From IMG/VR virus record IMGVR_UViG_3300045747_000505: a stretch of DNA of 64,000 nt. One strand, written 5' to 3'. The translations under genes were made by a program, and so were the position numbers. The notes under the pieces were generated by a model, which searched no databases, had not been told where the DNA came from, and saw nothing but the letters and a program-made list of their open reading frames with translations. The stretch comes from a virus (Duplodnaviria; Caudoviricetes). Of this stretch, positions 9,767-18,719 are shown one piece after another (within the stretch, counting starts at the first letter, position 1; every line of letters begins with the position of its first letter).

Positions 9767-11439
9767 TAGGTGATTCCAGTACCAGAGATAGACCAAGAGT
9801 TTGGACCGAACTTGACGAACGTGACTTGAGCAACATTGCTCAGCGTGAACGTATGTCCAGTGTAGGTGTCGACGCCGACGTGAAGGATTGTCACGCCATT
9901 CGATACTGCGATAGTTGTATTGACGACTGAGGTCATCGAGATGATGGTGCCATTCGGAATGGCGGAGCCAAATCCGGCTGTGGTTTGTGCATCAGTCTGA
10001 AGATACTGTGTTGAAGAGCCGAAGACGTAAATCATGCAGCCGGCATCTGTCGGACGAAGCTCTCGTGAGATGTCCGTTTGAACGATTGGCGTGCGACGAG
10101 CAGAGTCGGCGATGATTGACGGCGGGTTGGTCGCGATCCACGTTGGGATCGCGAGATCAACGTAGCCCATCGTAGCGGCGTCTGTGCTAACAGTCGGCGT
10201 TCCAAGATTCGTAATCTTGTTGGTGCCCATGTTGAGCGCACCGCTCATCGTGTCGCCAGACTTGGCGAGGAAGCTGCTCAGACCAAGCGCTGCCGCCACG
10301 TGAGCGACGCTTGCACGACGAAGATTGCCATCACCAGTGACGCCAACGACGAACTGACCGACTACTGGATTTTCGCTGTCGTAGACGTGCATCTTGAAGT
10401 AGCGAGCTTCGAGGTCGCCAGCTGCAGTGCGAACTGCAACCGTGTTGTTGCTCTCAGTCGTGTCTGGCGAGTTGCCACCAAGCTTTGCCGAATCGCCAAC
10501 AACGAGCGAGGTAGTTGTCCATGACTTTGTCGTGAGACCGTCATCTGAACCCCAGACGCGCGTCGGCTGACCAGACGCGACAGGCGTCCAAGAGAAGGTC
10601 ATGTTGCCAGCACCGCTGGTGATTGATGCAGCGTTGGATGAGACGACCGATGAGACCGTTGCCCAAGTTGGAACGCCGCTGGCATTCGTGATGAGCATCT
10701 GACCGTTGGTGCCAGCAGTGGTGGTGAGCGAGGTGCCTGATGCGGCGTAGACGATGCCGTTCGTCGTCACCGTGGTCATGTTGGTGCCGCCGCGGCTGAT
10801 GCCGAGGGTCCCAGCCGTTCGCGTGTTGAGTGGAATGGACCAAGGGTCGCCGATTGGGTCATTCAGCGTGCTGCGTTGAATGAAGTCAGCAGCGTGCAGA
10901 CCATCAAGCAGGTCAGCGTCAAGCGTCGAGCCATCACCATCATTGCCGGCGTGCCAGACAAGCTGATCAAGAATTCGCAGCTCACCGGCGCGCGTCAACT
11001 TCAACACTGATGACGAGGTCGCGAAGTCATCTGGGCGCGTTTGAATCTGAAAGACACCAGCGTCAGCAACGACCAACCAGTCCTTGCCGTTGAGCGGTTG
11101 ATCAGTCTCAGTGAGACGGATTCCTGGCGACGTTGACGAGATGCGAACACCTGGGGAATTGCCAGGAACGATTGACAGCATGCCAGACATCGGCAGCGAA
11201 CCGTCGCGGGCAACGTAGCTTGAGAGACGTGAGGTCAGCACCCAACCGAATCCAACCTGGTCGCCTACCGAACCGACGTTCGAGTCGCCGACGAATGAAT
11301 AGACGTACAACCCAGGCTCATTTGAGACGCCATCTGGGTCGAACTTCGTCTTGAAGAAGAGAGCGCCGTTCGACAGCGCCGTCGCTGGTGGCAGCAGCGG
11401 ACCATAGTTGATTGGGGCGCCGGAGAACAGTTTGGTCAT
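9766..11439 (-). CDS. Tail fibre/structural protein
   Basis: 557 aa; DADLLDGLH and GTLGISRGGT fibre motifs; N-terminus resembles that of 4719-8531 (NYGP.LPP); late promoter. Confidence 0.85.
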   Translation of the reverse strand: MTKLFSGAPINYGPLLPPATALSNGALFFKTKFDPDGVSNEPGLYVYSFVGDSNVGSVGDQVGFGWVLTSRLSSYVARDGSLPMSGMLSIVPGNSPGVRISSTSPGIRLTETDQPLNGKDWLVVADAGVFQIQTRPDDFATSSSVLKLTRAGELRILDQLVWHAGNDGDGSTLDADLLDGLHAADFIQRSTLNDPIGDPWSIPLNTRTAGTLGISRGGTNMTTVTTNGIVYAASGTSLTTTAGTNGQMLITNASGVPTWATVSSVVSSNAASITSGAGNMTFSWTPVASGQPTRVWGSDDGLTTKSWTTTSLVVGDSAKLGGNSPDTTESNNTVAVRTAAGDLEARYFKMHVYDSENPVVGQFVVGVTGDGNLRRASVAHVAAALGLSSFLAKSGDTMSGALNMGTNKITNLGTPTVSTDAATMGYVDLAIPTWIATNPPSIIADSARRTPIVQTDISRELRPTDAGCMIYVFGSSTQYLQTDAQTTAGFGSAIPNGTIISMTSVVNTTIAVSNGVTILHVGVDTYTGHTFTLSNVAQVTFVKFGPNSWSISGTGIT

Positions 11440-11466
11440 TGGAATCGTCCTGAGGATCGTGTTCTC

Positions 11467-11472
11467 TATTTA
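11467..11472 (-). promoter_or_regulatory. T4-type late promoter (TAAATA)
   Basis: ATAAATAG on the minus strand 28 nt upstream of ATG 11439. Confidence 0.7.
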
Positions 11473-11550
11473 TGCCGTTCAACCAATCTTGAAGTTCGCT
11501 CTCAGCTCGATTCGTGATACAGTACATCAGAACTACGAAAGACATTCGAA

Positions 11551-13302
11551 ATGAGCTACACACCACAGATCCTAGAAGCGTTTGACAAGTTTGGGTTCAA
11601 ACCGCGCGACCGACAGGTCGAACACATTCAACGGATTGTGGGCGCCTTTCTCGATGACGGGATGCGCCATGTCATTTTGTCGGCGCCAACGGGCACGGGC
11701 AAGTCGATCATCGGCGTCGTCACAGCTGAAGTGGTTCACTCAATCAAGAACCCACATCAACCGGCGAATGCCGGTTTCTTGTTGACTGCGACGAACGCAC
11801 TTGGACAGCAATACCACGACTCGTTCTCCAACAAGGATGATCCGCGGGACACCACCTTCCGCTTCATCAAGGGCGCAGGCAACTATGCGTGTTCAGCTCT
11901 TACGACGGATGACGAACCGCAGACTGCCGAGAACTGCTCGCTTCGCCTGTTTCAGAAGACGGGCATGGATCAGCTCATCGCCGAACACTGCAATCGCTGC
12001 GAGTTCCAGACGAACAGAATGCTGCGTGACAAGAGCAGGATGTTGGCGACCAACTACAGCTACTACTTCACCGATCGCCTGGCGATGGAGCTGCTCGCGC
12101 ATCGCACCGTCTGCGTCTTCGACGAAGCGCACCTGCTCAACGACCTCTACACCGATCACTGCGCAGTTCAGTTCACCGAGAAGGGGTTGATGCTGACGGC
12201 GCAGGAGGTCACCGACAATCTGCAGCTTGGTCCCACTGACCTGTTCAAGCAGCTCAAGATGGTGACGAGCCACCTCGCACACGAGAAGATCGACGACAAC
12301 AGCTACATGACCTACGTGCGCGTGCTGGCGGACATCTACACGCAGATCGGCGAGGAGGCGCAGCTTCAGGCGGAGCGCAACGTTCGTCAGCCAGCCAAGT
12401 ACCTCAAGCTGACGAAGCTCAGTCGCAAGTACGTCGGGCGCGCTGGCAAGATCCTCGACCTGCTCGAGCACGAGTACCCACACGTCTTCGAGTACAAGCC
12501 GAAGAATCCGAAGACGGGTCAGGCGGATCACGAGGTCACGGTCAAGCCGATCTTCGTCTCGAGCATGTTCGAGAAGCTCTGCAACGCCGACCACAACCTG
12601 CTCATGTCAGCGACGATCAGCGAGCAGTACGCCAAGCGCACGCTGACGCTGGAGCCGAGCGACAAGGTTCGGCACATTCGCCTTGAACCTCAGTTCCCAC
12701 GTGAGAACAAGAAGGTAGTCTTCTTCAAGCCGATGTCGCTCAACTACACGTCGATGAAGGATCCTGAGACCGTCAAGAAGCTGTGCGGTCACGCCTTTCA
12801 GATCACGAAGCATCACTTCGACAAGGGCGAGCGTGGCATCATTCTGGCGCCGTCGTTCGCCATCGTCGAGTCGATTGCTGGCACGCTGCGCGGTGCGCTG
12901 CCGCGTGGAGTGCGCGTGTTCGAGCACGTGCGTGGTGAGAAGCTTGTTGACTGGGTTGATGCGTTCAAGAGCTACAGCGGCGGTCCCGCCGTGCTGCTGA
13001 CACCATCAGGGTTCGAGGGTCTTGACTTGCCTGGTGAGCTCAGTCGCTTCACGATCATCGTCAAGGCGCCCTTCGCCTCGCTCGGTGATCGGCGCATCAA
13101 GGTCATTCTCGACACCTACCCAGACATCTACTCGCTCACCGCGCTGATGAAGATCGTTCAGGGTGGTGGGCGCAGCGTTCGCTCAATGGAGGACCACGCC
13201 GTGACCTACATGCTCGATCAAGGCATTCAACGGCTGTGGACGGCGAAGAACAACGAGTGGAGCGACGAGTTCGCCACCTCGTTCTCGTCCCAATTGACGT
13301 GA
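11551..13302 (+). CDS. DinG/Rad3-family SF2 helicase
   Basis: 583 aa; APTGTGKS, Cys cluster (YACS..NCS..HCNRC), DEAH, EGLDLPG, KAPF..LGD, QGGGRSVRSMED. Confidence 0.9.
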   Translation: MSYTPQILEAFDKFGFKPRDRQVEHIQRIVGAFLDDGMRHVILSAPTGTGKSIIGVVTAEVVHSIKNPHQPANAGFLLTATNALGQQYHDSFSNKDDPRDTTFRFIKGAGNYACSALTTDDEPQTAENCSLRLFQKTGMDQLIAEHCNRCEFQTNRMLRDKSRMLATNYSYYFTDRLAMELLAHRTVCVFDEAHLLNDLYTDHCAVQFTEKGLMLTAQEVTDNLQLGPTDLFKQLKMVTSHLAHEKIDDNSYMTYVRVLADIYTQIGEEAQLQAERNVRQPAKYLKLTKLSRKYVGRAGKILDLLEHEYPHVFEYKPKNPKTGQADHEVTVKPIFVSSMFEKLCNADHNLLMSATISEQYAKRTLTLEPSDKVRHIRLEPQFPRENKKVVFFKPMSLNYTSMKDPETVKKLCGHAFQITKHHFDKGERGIILAPSFAIVESIAGTLRGALPRGVRVFEHVRGEKLVDWVDAFKSYSGGPAVLLTPSGFEGLDLPGELSRFTIIVKAPFASLGDRRIKVILDTYPDIYSLTALMKIVQGGGRSVRSMEDHAVTYMLDQGIQRLWTAKNNEWSDEFATSFSSQLT

Positions 13303-13330
13303 GTACACGGGGTTCGATTCAGTGTAGAAT
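13303..13330 (+). promoter_or_regulatory. Sigma70-like early promoter, GTACACGGGGTTCG class
   Basis: GTACAC-N16-TAGAAT; same 14-mer and spacing as 60671. Confidence 0.6.
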
Positions 13331-13336
13331 CACCCC

Positions 13337-13537
13337 ATGACATTACGCTTCAATCCCGTCGATCTCACTTTCAATCGCAGTTGGGGTGGCGGGTATGAAC
13401 CGCGTGATGAACTGCCTTTCAACACAACCAAGGATCCTAAATGGTCATTCGCACTCGAGACTCAGCCGAACTCATCACTGAACCCATTCACGCCTCGGAC
13501 AATCCCCGAGGTAGTCGAACCCACCTCGTTCGACTGA
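13337..13537 (+). CDS. Possible leaderless small protein; overlaps the next ORF
   Basis: ATG 6 nt after TAGAAT; 66 aa; 97-nt out-of-frame overlap with 13441-13770. Confidence 0.35.
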   Translation: MTLRFNPVDLTFNRSWGGGYEPRDELPFNTTKDPKWSFALETQPNSSLNPFTPRTIPEVVEPTSFD

Positions 13538-13770
13538 CCGACGAGCAGGTCGACCTCATCGGCGCGTTCGCCGCGCTGACCGGAATGGGCCAAGGCCTCT
13601 ATCAGCAGGCGATGAGCGGCTTCCACGACATTCTGGAGTCGATCACCGACGATCCGGACTACCCACTCTACGCGTGCGACGTCGTTCAACTGACCGTCGA
13701 CTACCACTCGGCCGATGGGCACACGCTCTATCAGGTCATCGCCACCGACTGCATCACGATCAACGTATGA
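13441..13770 (+). CDS. Hypothetical protein
   Basis: 109 aa; AAGGA RBS; ATGA coupling to the next gene. Confidence 0.6.
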   Translation: MVIRTRDSAELITEPIHASDNPRGSRTHLVRLTDEQVDLIGAFAALTGMGQGLYQQAMSGFHDILESITDDPDYPLYACDVVQLTVDYHSADGHTLYQVIATDCITINV

Positions 13771-13997
13771 ACCTCTTTCCTATCCCTGAAGACGTCGCCT
13801 ACGAGCTCGGTCGCACTGACATCGACTACGACTGCGACGATGTGCCACGGCTGAACCGTGTCTGCAAGCTCTGCGGTGCCGACGGCCTGATGTGGGTTCG
13901 GCATGAGCTCGAGGCTGGCAGCGGCTGGGTCCTCGCCTACTCGTACGGTCCGCTCGCCAACAAGCTGCACGCCTGCGAATCGAAGTACCGCCCATGA
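13767..13997 (+). CDS. Small putative Zn-binding protein
   Basis: 76 aa from ATG 13767; CKLC...HAC; ATGA overlaps at both ends. Confidence 0.7.
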   Translation: MNLFPIPEDVAYELGRTDIDYDCDDVPRLNRVCKLCGADGLMWVRHELEAGSGWVLAYSYGPLANKLHACESKYRP

Positions 13998-14497
13998 GCT
14001 ACGCCACTCTGACCGAAGCGCAGCAGCGCAAGTTCGCCAAGCGGCTGGTGATGCGGCGCAGCGCTCACGTCGAGTGGGTTCGCGAGGGCTACATCGACGA
14101 GTGGCGCGACATTCTGATCGTTGGTGATCAGCCTGGACCACGCGCTCCGGACAACGTCGAGTATCATCACACGCCGTTCTACTCGAAGCTCTACAGCGGC
14201 GGGTGGTTGAACGAGCAGCTCGTGCTGAACGACATCGCTGAAGATCGACTGATGTGGATCAACTCCGCCAGCAAGGCCGGCTACCCAGCGCCGCCCGACA
14301 TTCTCAAGGCCAAGAAGTGGACCGCCGTCATCGCCCTCGGCAACAACGCCTATCACTGGGTGCATCTGCACGGCATGGTCGAGGCCATCAAGGTCTCGCA
14401 CCCACAGTTCCACAAGCGGTTCAAGGCCGCCGAGCGCTACGTCCTCCTCGACGTGCTTGAAGGTCTAACCAAGGTGCAGGTCGAAGCCGTCGGCTAA
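13994..14497 (+). CDS. Hypothetical protein
   Basis: 167 aa; ATGA coupling; typical codon usage. Confidence 0.75.
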   Translation: MSYATLTEAQQRKFAKRLVMRRSAHVEWVREGYIDEWRDILIVGDQPGPRAPDNVEYHHTPFYSKLYSGGWLNEQLVLNDIAEDRLMWINSASKAGYPAPPDILKAKKWTAVIALGNNAYHWVHLHGMVEAIKVSHPQFHKRFKAAERYVLLDVLEGLTKVQVEAVG

Positions 14498-14499
14498 GG

Positions 14500-14508
14500 T
14501 GATACAAT
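14500..14508 (+). promoter_or_regulatory. Extended -10 promoter
   Basis: TG-a-TACAAT before GGAGG RBS of the guanylate kinase gene. Confidence 0.5.
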
Positions 14509-14534
14509 GAAGCCTACCACTCAACGGAGGCTTC

Positions 14535-15182
14535 ATGATTCCACAGTTCAATCGTCCCACCCTCGTCACTATCACCGGCCCAACCTGCTCAGGCAAGACC
14601 TTTCTGCGCGAGCGAGCCGAAAGCCGCTACGGTTGGAACCGCATCGTCTCGACCACCACTCGCCCAATGCGAGATGGTGAGGTCGAAGGCGTTGACTACT
14701 ACTTCATCTCTGAAGAGCAGTCGCGCAGCCTCGAAGCTGGTGGCCAGCTTGCTGAGCTCGTCGAGTTTCGTGGTGTTCGCTACGGCGTGACCGTCGCTGA
14801 GATGCACACCAAGTTCAATCGCGGCAACGCCGTCGCCACCGTCATTCTTGAGCCGAACGGCCTCGTTCAGTACCGCAAGCTCTGTCAAGAGCAGGGCGTC
14901 GACGTCTTCTCGATCTATGTGCACGTGGTCGAGGAGCAGCTGCTCGGTCGGCTACACTGGCGCGCGATGGCCGACGAGGAGCTTCGGTCGCCTGAGAACA
15001 TCGCCGGCATTCGCAAAGCCTACGAGGATCGCAAGAACTCGATCAAGGGCGAGGAGCGTCGTTGGCTCAACACCAACATCTGGAATGCGATCGTGCCAGG
15101 CGACGACGTCTTCAAGGCGATGGACATGATCGAGCTCGGCATTCAGTGGCACAATCGTCGCAACGAACAAGTCGCAGCCTAA
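14535..15182 (+). CDS. gmk: Guanylate kinase
   Basis: GPTCSGKT P-loop; VSTTTRPMRDGEVEGVDYYFIS signature; YG motif. Confidence 0.9.
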   Translation: MIPQFNRPTLVTITGPTCSGKTFLRERAESRYGWNRIVSTTTRPMRDGEVEGVDYYFISEEQSRSLEAGGQLAELVEFRGVRYGVTVAEMHTKFNRGNAVATVILEPNGLVQYRKLCQEQGVDVFSIYVHVVEEQLLGRLHWRAMADEELRSPENIAGIRKAYEDRKNSIKGEERRWLNTNIWNAIVPGDDVFKAMDMIELGIQWHNRRNEQVAA

Positions 15183-15191
15183 GGAGACACC

Positions 15192-15815
15192 ATGATCAAC
15201 GTTGACCTCGCCCGTACTTGCATCACCAAGCAGCTCGCCGCTCTTGACCGCCTCTACTCGGTCATCACCACCGACACCTACGCCGAGCTGCTTGAGGTCG
15301 TCATCAACACGGCTGGCTACACCTCTCGCAATCTGCTCATCGCTGGCGTTGGCAAGAACGCCGCCGTCGCCTCCAAGGTCGCCGACACCTTCTCAAGCCT
15401 GGGCATCCGAGCCTTTGCGCTCAACGTTTCGCATTTGGGTCACGGTGACTACGGTCGCATCGGCGTGCAGGACGCCATCATTCACCTGTCGCGCTCTGGC
15501 AAGACGCGCGAGATGCTTGAGGCCATCGAGCACATCAAGCTCATTCGTCCGTGGTGCTATCAAGCGCTGGTGCACTGCAACCCGCAGATCTACAAGCCAG
15601 CGCACCTCAACCTCGAGCTCTGCCTTGGCAGAGTCGAGGAGGCCGACGAGCACGGGCTCGCACCAACCTCAACGACAACGGCGCTCCTCTGCCTGATGGA
15701 TACAATAGCAGTTCAGGCCAGTCATGATCTCGCCTTCACACGGCTTGACTTTTTGAAGAACCATCCAGACGGAGCGCTCGGCGCCCTGTTGAAGGCCGAG
15801 CAGGAGGCATCATGA
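15192..15815 (+). CDS. SIS-domain sugar-phosphate isomerase (KdsD/GutQ arabinose-5-phosphate isomerase-like, no CBS domains)
   Basis: GVGKN, H.GHGD.G, SRSGKT.E, LAPTSTT..L..MD.IA, DF..NHP.G.LG. Confidence 0.85.
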   Translation: MINVDLARTCITKQLAALDRLYSVITTDTYAELLEVVINTAGYTSRNLLIAGVGKNAAVASKVADTFSSLGIRAFALNVSHLGHGDYGRIGVQDAIIHLSRSGKTREMLEAIEHIKLIRPWCYQALVHCNPQIYKPAHLNLELCLGRVEEADEHGLAPTSTTTALLCLMDTIAVQASHDLAFTRLDFLKNHPDGALGALLKAEQEAS

Positions 15816-15986
15816 TTTGCATCAAGTGCGGGAAGTCGATGTTCGAGATTTGTGGATTCCTTACTCGCGTGAATGACAAGGGCGAGAACGGTATCTGGGA
15901 ATGCAGTCCGTCGTGCAATGCTGAGCTCACACAAGAGCAAGCGCTGCTTGCTGCAATCGAAGGACCTGAGCAGGAGGCATCATGAT
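15798..15986 (+). repeat. 19-bp exact direct repeat GAGCAGGAGGCATCATGAT (15798-15816 and 15968-15986)
   Basis: Both copies read directly; each holds RBS + ATGA junction. Confidence 0.9.
15812..15985 (+). CDS. Small Cys-rich (Zn-ribbon-like) protein
   Basis: 57 aa MICIKCGKSMFEICG...WECSPSC, read by hand (below track cutoff); GGAGG RBS; ATGA overlaps. Confidence 0.7.
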   Translation: MICIKCGKSMFEICGFLTRVNDKGENGIWECSPSCNAELTQEQALLAAIEGPEQEAS

Positions 15987-16167
15987 CTACGCAACACTAG
16001 AGACCGAGCACGGCGAGCGCAGCGTTCACCTCATTCACGGGAACGCCGAGATCGGCATCATCTCGAACGAAGGCGGTGAGTACGCGTTCTACGCGCACGA
16101 CACCACCCCACTCACGATTGACCTGCTCGAGTGCATCATCAACTTTCTACGGACACTCAACGTATGA
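15982..16167 (+). CDS. Hypothetical protein
   Basis: 61 aa; GGAGG RBS; ATGA coupling. Confidence 0.7.
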   Translation: MIYATLETEHGERSVHLIHGNAEIGIISNEGGEYAFYAHDTTPLTIDLLECIINFLRTLNV

Positions 16168-17819
16168 CCCACCTCGTTATCGTCGCCGGCGGCCTCGCCT
16201 CTCGACTGGCGCCGCTCACCAACTACATGCCGAAATTCTTCGTGAACATCGGCAAGGAGACCGGCTACGTCGAGATGCTGCGCTACTGGACGTCGCAGAT
16301 CGACTTTCACTGGCCTGATTCGACAGACCTCACCGAGGACGAGATCGCTGAGTTTCGCGCCAACACGCCGACGCTCACCGTCATCGTGCACTCGAAGTAC
16401 GTGTCGATGGTCGCCGAGTATCACAAGATCTACTTTCCGAAGCTGCCACTCCTCATCAAGACGGTCGACGAAGCCAACGGCTCAGCACACGCCATTCTCT
16501 CGACGTGCTCGCACCTCGACGGCAAGCCAGTGCTGTTCACGTGGTGTGACGTCATTCCAGTCGACCCACTGCCGGTCTTCGACCTTGGTGAGATGTACCA
16601 CGGCTCCAACGTCGTCTTCACCAACTACAACGCCTCCAATCGCTACGAGCTCGTGCGCACTGGCAAGGGCTGGGCTGACGTCAAGCCAGCGCTGAGCCCA
16701 ATCGAGCGTGGCGGCATCTTCGGCCTGTACTACGTCGACAAGTTCCGCACCAATGCCGACTTCAAGCCAGGTCAGGACTTCGTCGAGGTCATCGAGCAGT
16801 ATGGTCCCATTCGCGAGCATCGCCTCGACCGCATCGTCGACTTCGGCGACCTGCCAAAGCTCGAGCGCGTGCGCGACACCGCTGACGCTGGTCGCAGCTT
16901 CAACAGCATCGAGTTCGTCGGCGACTACGTGAAGAAGACGGCGCTCAACGAGCAGGGCATGAAGGTCATTGGCGGCGAGCTGCTGTGGTATCGCAAGCAC
17001 GCCGAGATGGTGCCGAACCCAGACAATCGCCTGCCAGTGCCGAAGGTCTGGATCTCGCCGGACGAGGACAGTCTGTTCATGACGCGTGCCAAGGGTACGC
17101 CGATCTGGCAAGCGTGGCCGAAGCTGAGCCCAGTCGATCGCCTTCACGTGCTGACGCAGCTCGTTGGCGCCAGTGAGCGCACGTTCGAGGCGACCGAGTT
17201 CGACGTACGGCTTGATCGTGCGCTGACAGACGTGCGCATCGAAACGCTGACCAAGCTGCAGAATCGCTACAACGAGATTCGCGGCATCATCGACGCCTTC
17301 GGTCCAGTCAGCATGGTCAACGGCGTTCGCCTCACGCACTCGCCAGAGCAGATGTTCACGCTGCTGCACGCCGCGCTTGAAAGCTTCTACACGAGGACGC
17401 CAGCATCGTATGGTTTGATTCACGGTGATCTGCAGCTCAGCAACTCGCTGGTCGATCTTGAGACGATGAAGGTCTCCATCATCGATCCACGCGGCTACTT
17501 CGGCGAGACGAAGGTCGTCGGGCTTCAAGACTACGATCGCGCCAAGCTGTTCTACTCACTGTCGGGCTACGACACGTTCAACTACGACCGCAAGTTCTGC
17601 ATCAACAAGGTTCTCGACGAGATCGAGTTTGACATTCGGCCGCTGGACTTTGAAGGCATCGAGGACTTCGTACAGGCGAACTTTGGTCTTGAGCACGAGC
17701 TGTGGCTGGCGGTGATTTGGATCGCGCTTGGTCAGTACATCAAGAACGATCCGATCAAGGCGATCGCCGCGCACTATCACGGCATGACCCTTGGCGAGAA
17801 GGTTCTCGCTAGCCTATGA
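16164..17819 (+). CDS. Sugar-phosphate nucleotidyltransferase fused to an APH/choline-kinase-like domain
   Basis: ATG 16164; N-terminal AGGLASRLAPLT..PK and WCD (NTP-transferase); C-terminal IHGDLQLSN and IIDPRG (APH-like kinase). Confidence 0.85.
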   Translation: MTHLVIVAGGLASRLAPLTNYMPKFFVNIGKETGYVEMLRYWTSQIDFHWPDSTDLTEDEIAEFRANTPTLTVIVHSKYVSMVAEYHKIYFPKLPLLIKTVDEANGSAHAILSTCSHLDGKPVLFTWCDVIPVDPLPVFDLGEMYHGSNVVFTNYNASNRYELVRTGKGWADVKPALSPIERGGIFGLYYVDKFRTNADFKPGQDFVEVIEQYGPIREHRLDRIVDFGDLPKLERVRDTADAGRSFNSIEFVGDYVKKTALNEQGMKVIGGELLWYRKHAEMVPNPDNRLPVPKVWISPDEDSLFMTRAKGTPIWQAWPKLSPVDRLHVLTQLVGASERTFEATEFDVRLDRALTDVRIETLTKLQNRYNEIRGIIDAFGPVSMVNGVRLTHSPEQMFTLLHAALESFYTRTPASYGLIHGDLQLSNSLVDLETMKVSIIDPRGYFGETKVVGLQDYDRAKLFYSLSGYDTFNYDRKFCINKVLDEIEFDIRPLDFEGIEDFVQANFGLEHELWLAVIWIALGQYIKNDPIKAIAAHYHGMTLGEKVLASL

Positions 17820-18593
17820 TCACATGAAGCCGAGGGCTTCAGCGTTGAAGATGACTGCGCCGTGACTGGCAAGCGGATCGAGATACACGAACTGCTTGCC
17901 GCGCATGGCGAAGTTGTCCTCAGCGAAGTCAAGAGTGCCGCCGTGCTTCTTTGCGATGATGGCTATCTCCTTGAGCAGCCAAGCCGCTTTACCGGTCTCC
18001 TCGCTGACCTGCGAGATGTAGCGCATGAAGTCGAACTTGAGATTGCGCAGCTTCGAGTGCGCGTCAAGCACTACGGCAATGTTCTTGCTGTAGTTGTTGT
18101 CGAGCAAACCCTTCTCTGCGAGATCGCCAACGTATGAGGCGTCGAGCGTGTTCGCCACGTGCAGCGGAACGTTCGCAGCCTTGGCGGCTTCGGTCAGCGC
18201 AGCGAGAGCTGGATTGTGATTGAAGATCGACCAGTATGGAATGGCGTTGGTCTGGCTCAGCTTCTCCATCTGAACGTACTTGAGACGATTGCCAACCTTC
18301 TCACGAGCCTTGTCGCTGACCTTGAAGAACAGCGGCATCGTCTTGATCTTCGTGTAGTACTTCGGCAGCTCTGGCACCTTGGGATTGGCACGGCAGTAGT
18401 CGACCCACGCGTCGAAGCATGGGTCGTAGAGCCAGAACTTGTAGACGATCGTGCCGTTCGTGACGGCAACGGCGTTCGCGCCCGCACCCAGATAGCGCAG
18501 CTTACCCTTGCCCTGCCCGTCGAAGAGCTCATCGACGATGTCTGAGGCTGATTTGTCGGCGTACTTCTTGACGCCTAGAAGTTCTGTGAGCAT
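17820..18593 (-). CDS. Protein-kinase-fold (PKL) protein
   Basis: 257 aa; Gly loop LGAGANAVA, beta3 VYK, hinge MEKL, catalytic DFAEDN (DxxxxN), LDP; own late promoter. Confidence 0.7.
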   Translation of the reverse strand: MLTELLGVKKYADKSASDIVDELFDGQGKGKLRYLGAGANAVAVTNGTIVYKFWLYDPCFDAWVDYCRANPKVPELPKYYTKIKTMPLFFKVSDKAREKVGNRLKYVQMEKLSQTNAIPYWSIFNHNPALAALTEAAKAANVPLHVANTLDASYVGDLAEKGLLDNNYSKNIAVVLDAHSKLRNLKFDFMRYISQVSEETGKAAWLLKEIAIIAKKHGGTLDFAEDNFAMRGKQFVYLDPLASHGAVIFNAEALGFM

Positions 18594-18615
18594 GCTGAAC
18601 CTGAGTTGATTTTTC

Positions 18616-18621
18616 TATTTA
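18616..18621 (-). promoter_or_regulatory. T4-type late promoter (TAAATA)
   Basis: GTAAATAG on the minus strand 23 nt upstream of ATG 18593. Confidence 0.65.
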
Positions 18622-18626
18622 CAGAC

Positions 18627-18690
18627 AAGCGTAACAGACGAGGGACTGTTACGCTTTCGGGCAACCTGAAATCTAAAAGCGTGATAGAAT
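18627..18690 (+). promoter_or_regulatory. GTAAC/GTTAC inverted repeat + extended -10
   Basis: AAGCGTAACAG-N8-CTGTTACGCTT; TG-a-TAGAAT at 18685, 37 bp after GTTAC. Confidence 0.7.
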
Positions 18691-18719
18691 GGACACATCC
18701 AATCAAAAGGAACCCAATC

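Noticed and set aside
13306-13325. GGGGTTCGATTC resembling a tRNA T-loop
   Set aside because: Flanks do not form a 5-bp T stem; upstream is helicase coding sequence; no D or anticodon arms. Explained as a promoter motif
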